In this document: positions 39,440 through 51,503 of the stretch, piece after piece
Numbering within the stretch: the stretch's first letter is position 1
How the letters are laid out: the number at the start of each line of letters is the position of its first letter
Notes under the pieces: model-generated
What the model saw: only the letters and a program-made list of their open reading frames with translations
Databases searched by the model: none
What the model was told of the DNA's origin: nothing
Assembly: GCF_038025025.1 (NCBI RefSeq)
Contig: NW_027117349.1
Location: 1-64,000 of the forward strand
Reading direction: 5' to 3'
From: Phyllosticta citribraziliensis
Lineage: Eukaryota
DNA length: 64,000 nucleotides
Program-made: the position numbers and the translations under genes

Positions 39440-39597
39440 GTGCTTCCGTCTTCCGCGGCCTCCCAGCCGTGCTGCTTGCTCTCGGACGTGACATGACGCT
39501 CTGCTCTCCGGACCTCATGGTCCCCGGTCTCGTTCACGCGGAGATATTCTGCACGTGTCAGATCAGTGAAGATGGCAATTCGCCAGAGAACTTAGTC

Positions 39598-41221
39598 TCA
39601 TTCTCCAGTGTCAGATGTAGGCTTGTACATGATGGTCGTCAGAAACTGCTCGTCTCGTTAGCCACGCTGCTCAATTTCCTTCGCCACGACACTACTCGCC
39701 TTCCTCTTGTACCGAGTCGTCGCACTCGTTGCCAGCACGTTGTGCTTGATGCTGCTCGTTGCCAAGTGATTCAACACCGTATGGTTTGGCATGTTTAGTA
39801 CGCTGCTGTCGTCCTTCATGGGCATGCTACCGTTGAGAATGCTCTTACTGAGCATCACTGGGAGGGTCGGAGAGGGCGGCAAACTGTTCATTACAGTGCT
39901 GGCCCTCGTAAACCGCGACGATTCTTCCTCGGCATCCAAGTCGGCGAGGAACTGGGGAATTTCGCTGTGGTACTTTTTGGGCGGTGCAGGGGCCACCGGG
40001 ACCGGTCTGCTGGTCTCGACTGTTGCAGACCCTTGGGCCGCCGCGTCTGTCTGGTTCGAAGGCTTTCCATCCGGACTAGACGGAGCAGTGTGGGCTGGAT
40101 AAGCTTGAGTCTGGTCTCGATTTTCCGAGGCCGTTTTGGCCGGTGCTTGTTGCCCTGGGATGTCCACGGGGTCGCTTGGATGAGGTTGAGGGAGATCGTC
40201 TGGAGACACTTCCAGGTAGTTGACGAGGATGTTGGTGAAATCGACGGCTGTTGGCAGCTCAGGGGAGAGGACCATGTCGTTGTCGACCAAGAACTTCAGA
40301 TGATGAGTCCCTGGCTGCAGGTTGATGGTGGCCGAAAAGGCATCCTTGTGCTTGCTCGGACCACTAGCATTCGAGACGTGATGAGCGTGAATTCTTATCG
40401 AGACGAGTCGCGTCAACTTACTTCCTGTGTAGCCGGAACTTTTTGTTCCAGCCTGCAAAAGTGCCAGTCACGTATACCTTTTCGCCAGGGCCAAGCCATT
40501 CTATCACCGTGGGAACAGCAGGGCGCATCACCCCATCCGTCTCCAGCGACTCGTCCCCCGGTTCTTCGTCGTCTGCGGTTGTGCTGCTCAAAACCGACGG
40601 GGCTCGCCCGGGAAGAACGCCTTCGACGTCATCCTGGGTGATTGACGAGTGCAGGTCTGTAGGGGAGATGATGGGCGAGCCCGGGGTGTGAACTTCTTCT
40701 TCGATCGGGAGGGGCAGCCGCGGTGGCCTATTGTAGGCTGCGGCTTGCATGTGGTAATTGTCATTTTGAGAGGCGGCGGAATCGACAGCGGAGGACGACG
40801 TGCCCGGCCTCGGCGAGGCTGCGGGCACATCGACAGGGCGGCTAAAGGGCGAGGTTCCTGTGTGCGCCGAGGGGTGGTGGTCTGGCGCCTCTTTCAAGTA
40901 GGACTGGTCGCTGCCCATCCTCTCCAACGCTGCTATGTCCTGGGGTTTGAGTTGCGGCGCAGCCCCGGACTGCGCTCTGCCGGTGCCTTGTGAGTCGGGG
41001 CGGGGCCTCAAGGTGGGATGTGCGGTCGCGCTCTCGAGACTTGCTGAGGGCGGAGCAGCCGTGGCCTTGACGTTTGCGAGGGCCTGGATGGATTCGCGGC
41101 GACGAGGCTCGCGGCGCACATTGTTGACGGGCGCGTTGGTGAGCGACGAGGCTGCGGCATGCGTCGACGGCGATTGCGGCGAGCTGGCGCTCTGGCGGGA
41201 TGACGAGGGATTGTTGCCCAT
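39598..41221 (-). CDS. SNF1/AMPK protein kinase beta subunit (Gal83/Sip2 family)
   Basis: N-myristoylation-type MGNNPS start; glycogen-binding domain (W...GEKVYVTGTF..W, L.PGTHH.KFLVD); ASC domain (PNHTVLNHLATSSIKHNVLATS.TTRYKRK-FLTTIMYKP). Introns 40364-40421 and 39646-39699 (GC-AG). Confidence 0.95.
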
Positions 41222-41561
41222 GGTTCAAAAGACAAAGAGCGGGCGCGCTGCTGTCCTTCTTCCGTGTCTCGGCGGGCGACTCCGTCTGGGAGCGAGAGCG
41301 AACATAGAGGCTCGACCTGCAGAAGAGAACCGTTGTGCGCAGCGCCGAGCTTGTTGGTGGACGAGGTGGCAGAGGTATGTACGCAGTCGTGGGCCGGGAA
41401 TACAGAGAGGTGCGGTGGTGCGGGCGGAGCTTACACACTTACTTACATGTACCTTACCCTTACCGTACTTGCCTGGAGAAGGAATCCTCCCGAGCTCCAC
41501 ACCTCAATGATGCCACCCCCATCGCCTACCTTACCTCTCGTCCCCTCCATGTCGACGCGCA

Positions 41562-42144
41562 ATGAACGCCTACCTGACCCCAGTCTTTACAGCATCGTAT
41601 TACCTGCTCCTTCTGCCGCTCCTCACGCTTGTCCGTTGGACTCTGATCATCGTCGCGCCCCTCTACTTCGCATTGCAGTTCGTTCTGCTCCCAATCCTCC
41701 ACCTTGGCCGTTTCTCCCTGCACGTCGTGCTGCTGCCCTTGACTTTGCTCGCCAAGCTCGAGGTACACTTTCCTGACCCCCGAGACCCGCTCGACAGCGC
41801 CGTCTACAGCTTCGGCTTCATTCTGACGGCCGCATCAGACCGTGTACATCTATGTGGGCGTCGCGAGCGTCATCGGCATCTTAGCTGGATGCATGCTCCA
41901 TGTCAGCACTAGGGTGCTCAAGTCCATGTTTGGACTCGAGAATACATGCACCAAATCTCCACTTGTCCGATCCGCTGCCGACTACAGGGCTGAGCGACGC
42001 CGGCGTAGAAAACGAGTTCCTGTTGCGGTCCCCAAGCCGGTCGAGCCGCTCGAACTACATGTGCCAAGAGAAAACCGCATGTCGAAGCAGCGAAGTCTCT
42101 GGAGTCAGCCAATATTGGAAGAGGATGATTCAGAGTCTTGTTAG
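41562..42144 (+). CDS. Small hypothetical membrane protein
   Basis: Hydrophobic N-terminal exon; canonical intron 41763-41838 (GTACAC...CTGAC...CAG) joins in frame to LETVYIYVGVASVIGILAG; basic RRRRRK stretch and ILEEDDS acidic tail. Confidence 0.7.
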
Positions 42145-42760
42145 GCTATGGTGATGAATCCAGTTGTCCCCAGTACTTGCAATTGAGTCGACCGTCATTG
42201 TGAACACTGCTGAGCTTCAATTTATTCAATTCGACACTCGCTGCAAAATTGGGCGTCGTATATATCTAGCATCTGCATCAGCCAGATCACAACATGTAGG
42301 TAGACCCTCCACGTCTTTTAGTGACGTGAAAAAGCAAACCAAGTTGGCAGCACAAGCCTCGAGTCAGGCAGGAGGGGTCGGGATTGGGCCGGGTCCGACC
42401 TGGTCTCCCTGGCCGATGAGATAAGATACCTAATCCACGCAGCGGGAGCCGGAGCATCCACGGACCCACGGTACCATACCGTACCTTGTAACCCGCGCCA
42501 CCCACCCTCTTTCACCACCAAGCCTCACAACACGTCCGTCTCCCACTGCCTACCAGGTACCTACGCTTGCGCATGCGTATCCAGTCGCTCCCACCTCTGC
42601 GGTCGAACTACGACGATAAAGGATCCCTTGTGCGAGACCGCTCCTGCGCATCGCGGCTCCTTCAGACTACATACTGTCTCTGGACGGCGCTCTCTACATC
42701 GTCTTCACAAACGGATACCCAACTTGACACGCTCCTCCGATTCCTTCAAAACCTTACACG

Positions 42761-43897
42761 ATGCCGCGCGCAGAGGTTGGATCAACAAAATGGCAGGCCA
42801 ACAAGATGAAGTCGAAGGGGTTGCAAAGACTGCGGTGGTACTGCCAGGCCTGCGAGAAACAGTGTCGCGATGAGAACGGCTTCAAGTGCCACGTCCAAAG
42901 CGAGAGCCATGTCCGACAGATGACGCTTATCGGCGAGGATCCGCGCAAAGCAATCAACGACTTTTCCCAGCAGTTCAAGCGGGATTTCCTTCTTCTGCTT
43001 CGGACGAGCCACGGAGAGAAGAAGATCAACCTGAATCACTTTTACCAAGAGTACATCCGCAACAAAGAGGTATGACTTCCCCCAGCAGTAGCGTTCCATC
43101 CGTTTGCCCGCGGCTGTTTCGTACATCTTTCAAGTTACATGCCCATGGCAGCCAATTCGTTTTGAAGACCGTAAAGGCGTTTTGCTAACGCGATGTAGCA
43201 TATCCACATGAACGCGACGCAGTGGCCATCATTGACCGAATTTGGAAAATACCTTGGTCGGGAGGGCATCTGCCGCGTGTCAGAAGACGAAAAGGGAAAC
43301 GGCCTTTGCATTGCTTGGATAGACAACAGCCCAGACGCACTCCGGCGCCAGGAAGCAGTCAAACGGAAAGAAAGGCAGGAGAGAGGCGATGAGGAGCGGG
43401 AGCAGCGGCTGATCCAGGAGCAAGTCCAAAAAGCTCGAGCTGAAGTCAAGGAAGAAGCAGCGAAGACGGCAGAGGATAGGGCATTGCAACGGAAGGACGG
43501 CGAAAAGATTCAGCTCAACCTCAAGCCTTCGACGGCAAAGGTGGCACCGTCCCCACAAGAGTCTCAATCACCAACACCTGGTGCCGACGGAGGAGGGTCA
43601 TCCGGTAACGAGTCGACGGCAAGAGAAAGCGACGACGATGCGAAGGCAAAGATCAATGAGGAGCCAACGCCAGCGCCCGTGGCGCAGCCGACGGTCAAGA
43701 TTGGCATGTCTCTGAATAAACCCAAGAATGTCTTTTCGTCCAAAAACAACCCACTGGCATCGAAGAAGGCCACGGTCAAAGAGCAGCCGAAGAAGATGAG
43801 CGAGGCGGAGCGCATCATGAAGGAGGAATTGGAGAGGAAGCGCTTGAGGGAGCAAGGTGGCGCACACCCTGGAGCTAAACGGCAACGGGTCGCGTAA
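42761..43897 (+). CDS. KIN17: KIN17/Rts2 C2H2 zinc-finger DNA/RNA-binding protein
   Basis: K.KGLQRLRWYCQ.CEKQCRDENGFKCH..SESH.RQ, N.FYQEYI..KE-HIHMNAT.W.SLTEF.KYLGR.G.C; intron 43070-43198. Confidence 0.93.
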
Positions 43898-43903
43898 AGC
43901 GTC

Positions 43904-43928
43904 TTTTTTTTTTTTTTTTTTTTTTTTT
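43904..43928. repeat. T25 homopolymer just after the KIN17 stop
   Basis: Direct reading. Confidence 0.9.
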
Positions 43929-44802
43929 GGCTTTGGAGTCTAGCGGATCATGGGATTTGCGGAATACCTCGTCGACCAAGGCACACGGGTTTCTTTTGAG
44001 GCGCGAAAGGCAGTAGGCGTTGCATGGATTCATCCAGACATTGGGCGTTTCGAGGAACAAAGACTCCGGGCCTGTTTACACAACATGAACTGCGTGGATC
44101 AACAGCAAGAGCAGCGGCAACGGACGAACGGTCATGTCGGAAGAGGCTTGACGTGATTCGGCCGATCATGAGGCTGAGCAGCGAGTCGGCGCGTCATGGT
44201 ACAGTGAGAGGGGAGCGGGATGCGGATACGAAGAAGAATTCCAACAGGCAGAAGGAATTGGCTGCCGTCACCTCACCTCAGGTGCGGGGCGGCCGCTTGG
44301 GTTCTCAGGGTCGTTGCCAAGAGAGAGCGAGACGAGACGGCCGACGAAAACGAGTGCGAAATTGAAGAAGCTGCCGTGCCCGTGAACGAAAAATCAATGG
44401 CGCGAGGACGGACGGCCAGCCACGGATTAATTTGATTGATTGGTTGGCGTCTGCAGTGATGGATGGCCGTGGCAGCGGTTGGTTGCGCGTCGGTCGAGTG
44501 GGCTACGGTAGACTGGCACTGGTGGGCCAGATTTGGGCCTGCTCTGCACCGCCGCGCTCCTTGACTTCGCCTTTCGGATCGCTCGTCGCTGTGCTTAGGT
44601 TGCTACACCCACCCACCCACCAACGCTCTTCTTCCTGTGTCTCACGCTCTCTTTCTTCCCTCTTCTTCATATACACCTCCACCACCTCATGGCCTGATTC
44701 GAACCAAACCCTCGCCAGCCATTCCTGCCCGAGCGCGATTCCCTTCGTCCAACCAGCAGCCCTCTTGCCTCGATACCGCATTTAATACCGCCAGCCGCCA
44801 CG

Positions 44803-45856
44803 ATGCGCAAGGGCGTGCTCATTTTCCTCGTCCTCAACATTCTTGTAATTGGCCTCTTGGTCCGCAGCGTCTGGACCCTGCTGTCCCTCCTCGTCGTCGA
44901 TGGCTCCGAAGACCGCATCTCGCGCGCCGAACTACCAGCCCCTAACTCGGGTGCCATCAGCGAACGCCCGCAGTTGATTCCCAAAATCATCCACCAGACC
45001 TATGTCAACGAGACGATACCAGAGCGATGGGTCGAAGCCCAGCGGAGCTGCATTGAACAACACGAGGACTACGAATACAAGCTGTGGACCGACAAAAAGT
45101 CGCGCGAGTTCATAGCCGCCGAATACCCATGGTTCCTCGAGACATTTGACGGCTACGAGTTTCCCATTCAGCGTGCCGACTCGATTCGCTACTTCGTGCT
45201 CGCCCACTACGGCGGCATCTACATCGACCTCGACGACGGCTGCAACCGTCGCCTGGACCCTCTCCTCTCCTACTCGGCCTGGGTCCGCCGAACGGTCCCA
45301 ACTGGCATCTCCAACGATGCCATGGGCTCAGTCCCTCGCCATCCCTTCTTCCTGAAGGTGATTGACATGTTGCCCAAATACAACCGCAATTGGCTGCTGC
45401 CCTACATTACCGTCATGGGCTCCACCGGACCGCTCTTCCTCAGCATCATCTGGCGGCACTACACGTCCGAAGGTCCGACGGACGACGCCAGGGTGCGCGT
45501 CCTATTCGGCGACGAGTACAACAACCATCCCTGGAGCTTTTTCACGCACCATCTCGGCAACAGCTGGCATGGGAGTGACGTGCGGCTCATCTTCTGGGTA
45601 AGAAGACCATGCGTGCGATTTTGTCCGTCGGAGCCAAGGCTAACATGTAGGCTCGCAGATGGGACGTCACTGGTTTTTGCTCACGGCCCTCGGCTTCATC
45701 ATTGGCTTTTCAGTCATCGGGGCCTTCTGGTGGTTCTACCGATGCATGTCGCAGCAAAACCGCCGTGGCGGTGTTCTTCGATTTGTGCCATTTATGCGAA
45801 AAATGAGGTCGCGAGATGCCGAGTACGAATTGCTGGAGCGGGACCACAAAGTTTAA
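44803..45856 (+). CDS. SUR1: Mannosyl phosphorylinositol ceramide synthase (GT32, Sur1/Csh1-like)
   Basis: IPKIIHQT, YPWFLETFDGY.FPIQRAD.IRYFVL.HYGGIYIDLDDGC, T.PTGISND.MGSVPRHPFF, PYITVM.STGPLFLS; intron 45598-45658; C-terminal TM exon. Confidence 0.92.
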
Positions 45857-47456
45857 TGCCATTATGACGCGGATCGCACGGGTGGATTCCAAAGCTCTTC
45901 TACTTCTCTCGCGTCTCTTTCATCCCCCCCTTTTTTTGATCCCTCCCCTTCGTCTTTATTTTCTGATTTCGCTTCTAGCGCGTTGAACACTTTGCCGCAT
46001 TTGGGGGCCGACACAGGCACCAGGCTGCGATCGAGGCTTTCGCATTGCCACGGATCGCATAGCAGTGGGGTTGCACAGGTTTTTAAGTCACCTTCATGTA
46101 AATTCCTAGTCCTGACACGAATGGGTGGGTTTGCGTTGGTTGGGCGTTGTGTGGCTGGCAAAGGGCGAAGGCAGGGCAGGGCAGGGCAGGGCAGGGGCGG
46201 CGAGCGGCGGCACAGCCGCACAGAAAAGACGGATTTCCAGGGCCGACGTTGGTTGGCCGGCGTTGAGTTTCAGCCACCGGGCTTTTTCTTTCTTTTTTCT
46301 TTCTTTCGTTGCGAAAGGCGGCCCTTGTCTTCGTCTGTTTCTTTTTTTTTTTTTTTTGTTAAACCATTTGGTAGGTATTTTGTAATGGGTTTCATCCGAG
46401 GGGCAATAACCAATGACACGATGGCAGTGACCGAGGACGGGGCATGACCAGGGAAGATTCATTCCAGTAACAAGAAGGTTGTGCCGTGTGTCGTCATGGT
46501 GGCACCGGGAATGCAGACGTCAAGCTTCGATCTAGCATAATCACAGGGTCGCTGGCCGGGAGGTCCTGGCTGGCGGCAACCCAAGCGTCCTGTCTCGCGC
46601 CGTTGGCACCAAAAAGACAAGACATGATTGATGGGCCTAGTGGACGACATGAACTATTGAGGATGCAGAAAGCAGACAACTAGCAGCAACGGGCGACAAC
46701 GGTCTAGAGGGACGCGGCCGTGGTTGGCTGGCGCCGTCCAGGAGCAGTAGGTTACCAGGTAAGGCACTGACTGGAGAAGGGAGAAGCACCAGGGCAGACG
46801 CCTGAAACATGGCATGAATGATTGCTCCGCCTGTCGCCCTGTGGTTAATCGTGTATTTTATGTTTGTCGTCGCCCTGGGGTTGCAGACGAAGGAAGAGAT
46901 TTGCTCGCGGGCTTAAGCAAGGCGTGGCAGGAGGATCCATGTGCGTCGAGTTGCCCAAAGTTACTTGTCGTCAATGGTCCTTTTACCGCCGTCGCATACC
47001 GTACCTCACCAAAAGTACATGTAACTACATTACCCAAAGGCCTCTCGTTCCCCTCTCCCACGCACCGCACCGCAGCGCTCGTCCCACACCACAACTTGTC
47101 GCCCGCCCACTGACCACTCACTGCTGTGCATCTGCTCGATCCAGGCCCGCCCGCTGAAACACATTGCCGCGCAGGTTGCTCTCTCGGGCGCGAGCACCCT
47201 CTCCAAAAGTCCTGCGGCAGATCCGACTGCCGGTCGTCGTCGTCAGGTCGTCGCTTCTTGGCGCGACCCTTCCCCTGTGCGCGGCTTCTCGCGCCAACGC
47301 CAACCTTCTCACCACACTCCACTCTCTCGACCGCTGCCACAGCGCCTCTCTCCCTCCCCTCTCGAAGCGTCTGTGCGAGAGCCCCTATGCCCCAGCACTG
47401 AGCAAGAAGAGGCTTCACCGCTAAAGCTTCACCACCCGAACCGCACGCCCGCCATC

Positions 47457-49080
47457 ATGGCGCCCTCGTACGTCCCCTACGTCCCCCTTGTCCCGCTATA
47501 TCACTACTGCCCATGCCCCGTTTCCGTGTGCTCTCTGCCGTCCACTCGACTCACCTCCTCCCAGCATGATAACCACAGCATGGCGCGACTTCTGGCATAC
47601 CATGACCTCCAACGACCGTCATGCAAGTCATGACTCTCCCTACCGCACCGGACAGCATGTCCCGCTCCCTCAGAGCCGCCATACGCCTCTCACCTCGGTC
47701 GCAACCAGTGCCATGGAGTCTAGGACCGACTTCAACTCGCCCTACGCCCAGGACGAGCCTTCTAGCGCCAACGGCTTCATCGGTTCTCCCAGAGCCCCAA
47801 TGTCTCCCACATCTCCCTACTCCCCGGGCATGAAGACAACCATGCAGACCCACACCTCCGAGGACAATCCCTCTATAGACGCCGTCAATTCGGGCGAAAT
47901 CCAGATGCAGAGCTTCAGCGACGGCCTCCCTCCGCCTCCCCCGGTCGGCCATTCGTGGAAGCGCATCGACCGCTGGACCGAAGACCACTACGAGGAACTT
48001 TTCGACAATCTCTGCGAGGGAGCTACCCACAATGATGTCAATGAGCTGGAGCACCTTCTAGACGTCACCCTGCCCATTGAGGTCCGGGAGTCGTTGCAAA
48101 TCCACGACGGCCAAGAACGCGGTGGCCTTCCCACAGGCCTGCTCTTTGGCTGCATGCTACTCGACTGCGAGGAAATCGTCATGGAGTACTCCAATTGGCG
48201 CAAGGTCAACGACGAATTCTTGGCCGGTCGCCCGCCATACCAGGCCCCTCCACCTCCCATCAAAGCCGTTGCTGGCCCTTCGTCGACACCGCCTCCCGAG
48301 GACAAGAAGGCCGGCAACCCCATGTGGAAGGAGGATTTGCTTGCCCGCCAGGACTCCCAGCCTCCCAATGCTGTTCAAAAGGCTTACATTCACCCTGCTT
48401 GGGTTCCCTTGGCGCGCGATTGGGGTGGAAACTGCATTGCCGTCGATCTGGCGCCCGGTCCAGCCGGCAAGTGGGGGCAGATCATCATCTTCGGACGCGA
48501 TTATGACACCAAATACGTAGTCTCTCGCTCTTGGGCGGCTTTTCTCGCCACTTTTGCCGACGATCTCTGCTCTGACAAGACCTGGGTTGACGAGGACACC
48601 AACGAGCTCAAGCTGAGAGAGTTCAAGAAGCAAAACGTGGACCCGCCGTATCTGGAGATTTTGCGCTGGCGTACGGACCAAAAGTATGGCCGTAGGCCCA
48701 AGAGAAGGCCGCAGAGCGTTCTTTCCATCAATTCGAAGCTCGCGGGCGGCCCGACTTCAGCTCCCAACGGCGCCAGTCCTTATGGCAGCCCGTCAGAGGA
48801 AAGGGGTCGCTCGCCCAACCGCCTCAGCAAGAACGGCACCAGTCCTCGGGTACCAATCTCGAGTCCACTGGCAAGGGTGGCAGAAGAAGCGCCCCAGCCA
48901 GTCAGGGTGCACACCGAAGAGGAGAAGCTCATTGAGATGAACACGCCCAGGCCTAGTTCCGACCTGAACACTGGCAGTGCGGGCAAGAATAGCCTGGACA
49001 GCGACAAGGAGAACGACGATGAAAAGGGCAAAGGCAAGAGCGTCGTGTCCTCGGAGGAGATGAAGACGGTTGAGATATAG
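47457..49080 (+). CDS. SMI1: Cell-wall assembly regulator Smi1/Knr4 (glucan synthesis regulatory protein)
   Basis: Micro-exon ATGGCGCCCTC, intron 47468-47564; FWHTMTS.DRHAS.DSP, SW.RID.W.E.HY.EL.D.L.EGAT.ND, HDGQERGG.PTG, YIHPAW.PLARDWGGN.IAVDLAPGP.G.WGQII.FGRDYD.KYV. Confidence 0.93.
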
Positions 49081-51503
49081 GCCGCGCAGTGGCTCTCTAG
49101 CTCTTCCCACGACCATCAACGACACCTGCTACCACGGGTCTTCTCCACACTTACGAATGAGAATGATTACATTCGAGACATCTCAAGCGAGTCATTACAG
49201 GAGTTCATTTTGGGGCTCAAAGGAAGGGGTGTAAGCAACGACGACTTCAACTTTTCTCATCGGCCGGGACTCAAAATATCCTGTGTCCTCCTTCTCTTGT
49301 CGCAGGGGAACTTAGTATCACCGCTCTCGCGCCTTTTTTTTTTTTTTTTCTCTCTCTTCCTGCCTGCGGATACCTCAATCTGCTTACGGATACCATGGGC
49401 TCTCAAGTTTCAAGTACCACCTCTAGGCTCAAGTTCACATGCAGTCGCTTGTCAAGATTCCATCTTCTCCCTGCTGCTTCCTTATATTCAATTCAAGCAC
49501 TGGCTGCCTTGCGCTACTGGGCCACGATCCATCTCAAAGGCCACGGCTCTCCCATTTGTTGGCCTCGCGCCTGCTCGGCTCAGCTTCTTCTGCGCCATGA
49601 TTCTACAAGCGACGATAATTGCTTTGCTTGGTTCTTTCCTTCTCCACGTCCTCAAGCATGTGATCCTTGACGACTGTGCTCTGCCGTCAAAAGCGTCGTT
49701 TGCACCTTCATAAACCGTGTCTGGTGTCTCTTTTCTCTTGGCTTCCCCCTTTGACTCTGGCTTTTGCTCATGGCATTTTGTTTGCGGAGAGGCACCCGCG
49801 CCTTGTGTACCATTCTGTTCAGCAGCAAGTTGAGGCAAGTTTCAGCCTTGTCACAGAAGTTTTGTCACGGGCACGCTACTGATGATGAGGTTAACGTCTT
49901 CCTTTATTTCCTGGATGGATTGGAATTGAATTGGTTATGCTGGCAAGCAGCAGTAACATCTGGATATTGCGGCGACATCAGCAAGGGCTTGGTTGGAAGC
50001 AAACAGATATGAGCTGTTCTGAATAGTAGGATAGCTTGTGTAATCCCCATCCTCGCATCATAACAAAATCACTATTCACAGAAAGTTGCGGTGCGTCCCT
50101 GAACCTTGAGCAAAGCTACCTGGGCTTACAAACAACTGCCGCAGTCGGATACATTGGCTTCGATGGGGTGAAAGTCCGGCTGAGGGACGTCATCACTCAT
50201 TCCCCGGTCGCTTTGATTGTCCCCTGTGGCGCCAGCTGAAGGGGCAATTGCACCGTTGGTGACACCTCTGCTGGTCAATCATGACCAGCTGCGTCAACGC
50301 ACCAGCAATCGTCCTCTCAGCTGAGGAGACTTGAGCCGTTGGGACTGCCGCCGCCCGGTGACGTCGATTTCATCTGATCCGGGCAGCTACAACCTCAAAG
50401 AAGAACCGCACAGGCGCAGGAAAGCTTCCCAAAGTAGTCGCATACGTTGCAGCCGGCCGGGTGCTGGGCTACCTGATGTACCCGGAACATAACACAACGC
50501 AACGCTACGCAAGGCAACGCAGATCGTCGCCCGCAACGTACAGAGGGCTCGCAACCATCATGAGCGCGTTGCAACCTGACAAACCACCTGGCCAACTCCC
50601 GTCGGTCGATTCGTCCCAGCCACCACCATATGCGCCAACGCGCCTGTCTGCCTGCCTGTCATCGTCATCATCGCCCCGAAGCCAATCCAGGTTTTGACGA
50701 CAGGGTGGATATCAGGTGAAATTAGAGGTTGGCGGCAGGCTGTCGGGTAAGATTAAAAATTTGCCTCTGGACAGGCGGCAAACGACAAGGCGCCTGCAGC
50801 ACGCACGATGCAGCAGCGGCGGCGGCGGCGGCGGGTGCGGCGTCGAAAAATAGGGGGCGGGCGGGCGAACGCAGACATGGTCCAAAGGGGGAACCAGCGC
50901 CGAACAACACCAGCAGACCCGGCAGCTCATGTGCCTGAGATGAGGGCACTGGGGTGTGTATTGGTGAAAATGTGGGAGTTAATTTGCGAGACGGGCTGCG
51001 TGCTTCATGCCTTATCTCTCGGTGGTGAGGGGAGTGGGCGGCCATTATTGTCACACGGGACCTCTGCCATCAAGCGGTTGTGATTTGGCAGGAAGAAAGC
51101 TCAATTTCAAGCTACAGTTGCGAGATTTTCGTTCTTGCTCGGATCCCTCTCGTTGTGGTGTTACACGGTGCTCTTCCTGCCAGCCACAGCCAGACAAGGA
51201 GGCCGACAAGATCGATTTTCTCAGCATGGCCTGGCAGACGTGAGAGTTCAACCCAGCCGAGTCGGCTTCATGGATATTGCGCGCTTACTACGTGCTCGAG
51301 GAATGCTAATACTTTTACGATGATGTTGAAGAAAAACAGTGATCAAACCAAAGCCCAGAATGACGAAACTCCAAACTACACCCAACCCAATGACACGCCA
51401 ATGAAAGAGAGACGGAAGGATGTACCCAAACATGAACTCCTGACAGCTGCTTGTGTGACGCCCAAAGCAAGAGAGAACGAAAAATCTTGGTGTTGACAGG
51501 CAG

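Noticed and set aside
47387..47401. uORF MPQH* before SMI1
   Set aside because: Poor initiation context (CCT-ATG-C) and unknown TSS; too weak to report.
50115..50390. RNase P/MRP RNA (GAAAGTCCGG and GGGCTTACA motifs)
   Set aside because: The motifs are in the wrong order and no P4 pairing partner was found.
38110..51503. Telomerase RNA in the long intergenic regions
   Set aside because: No TAACCCTAA-type template seen on either strand.
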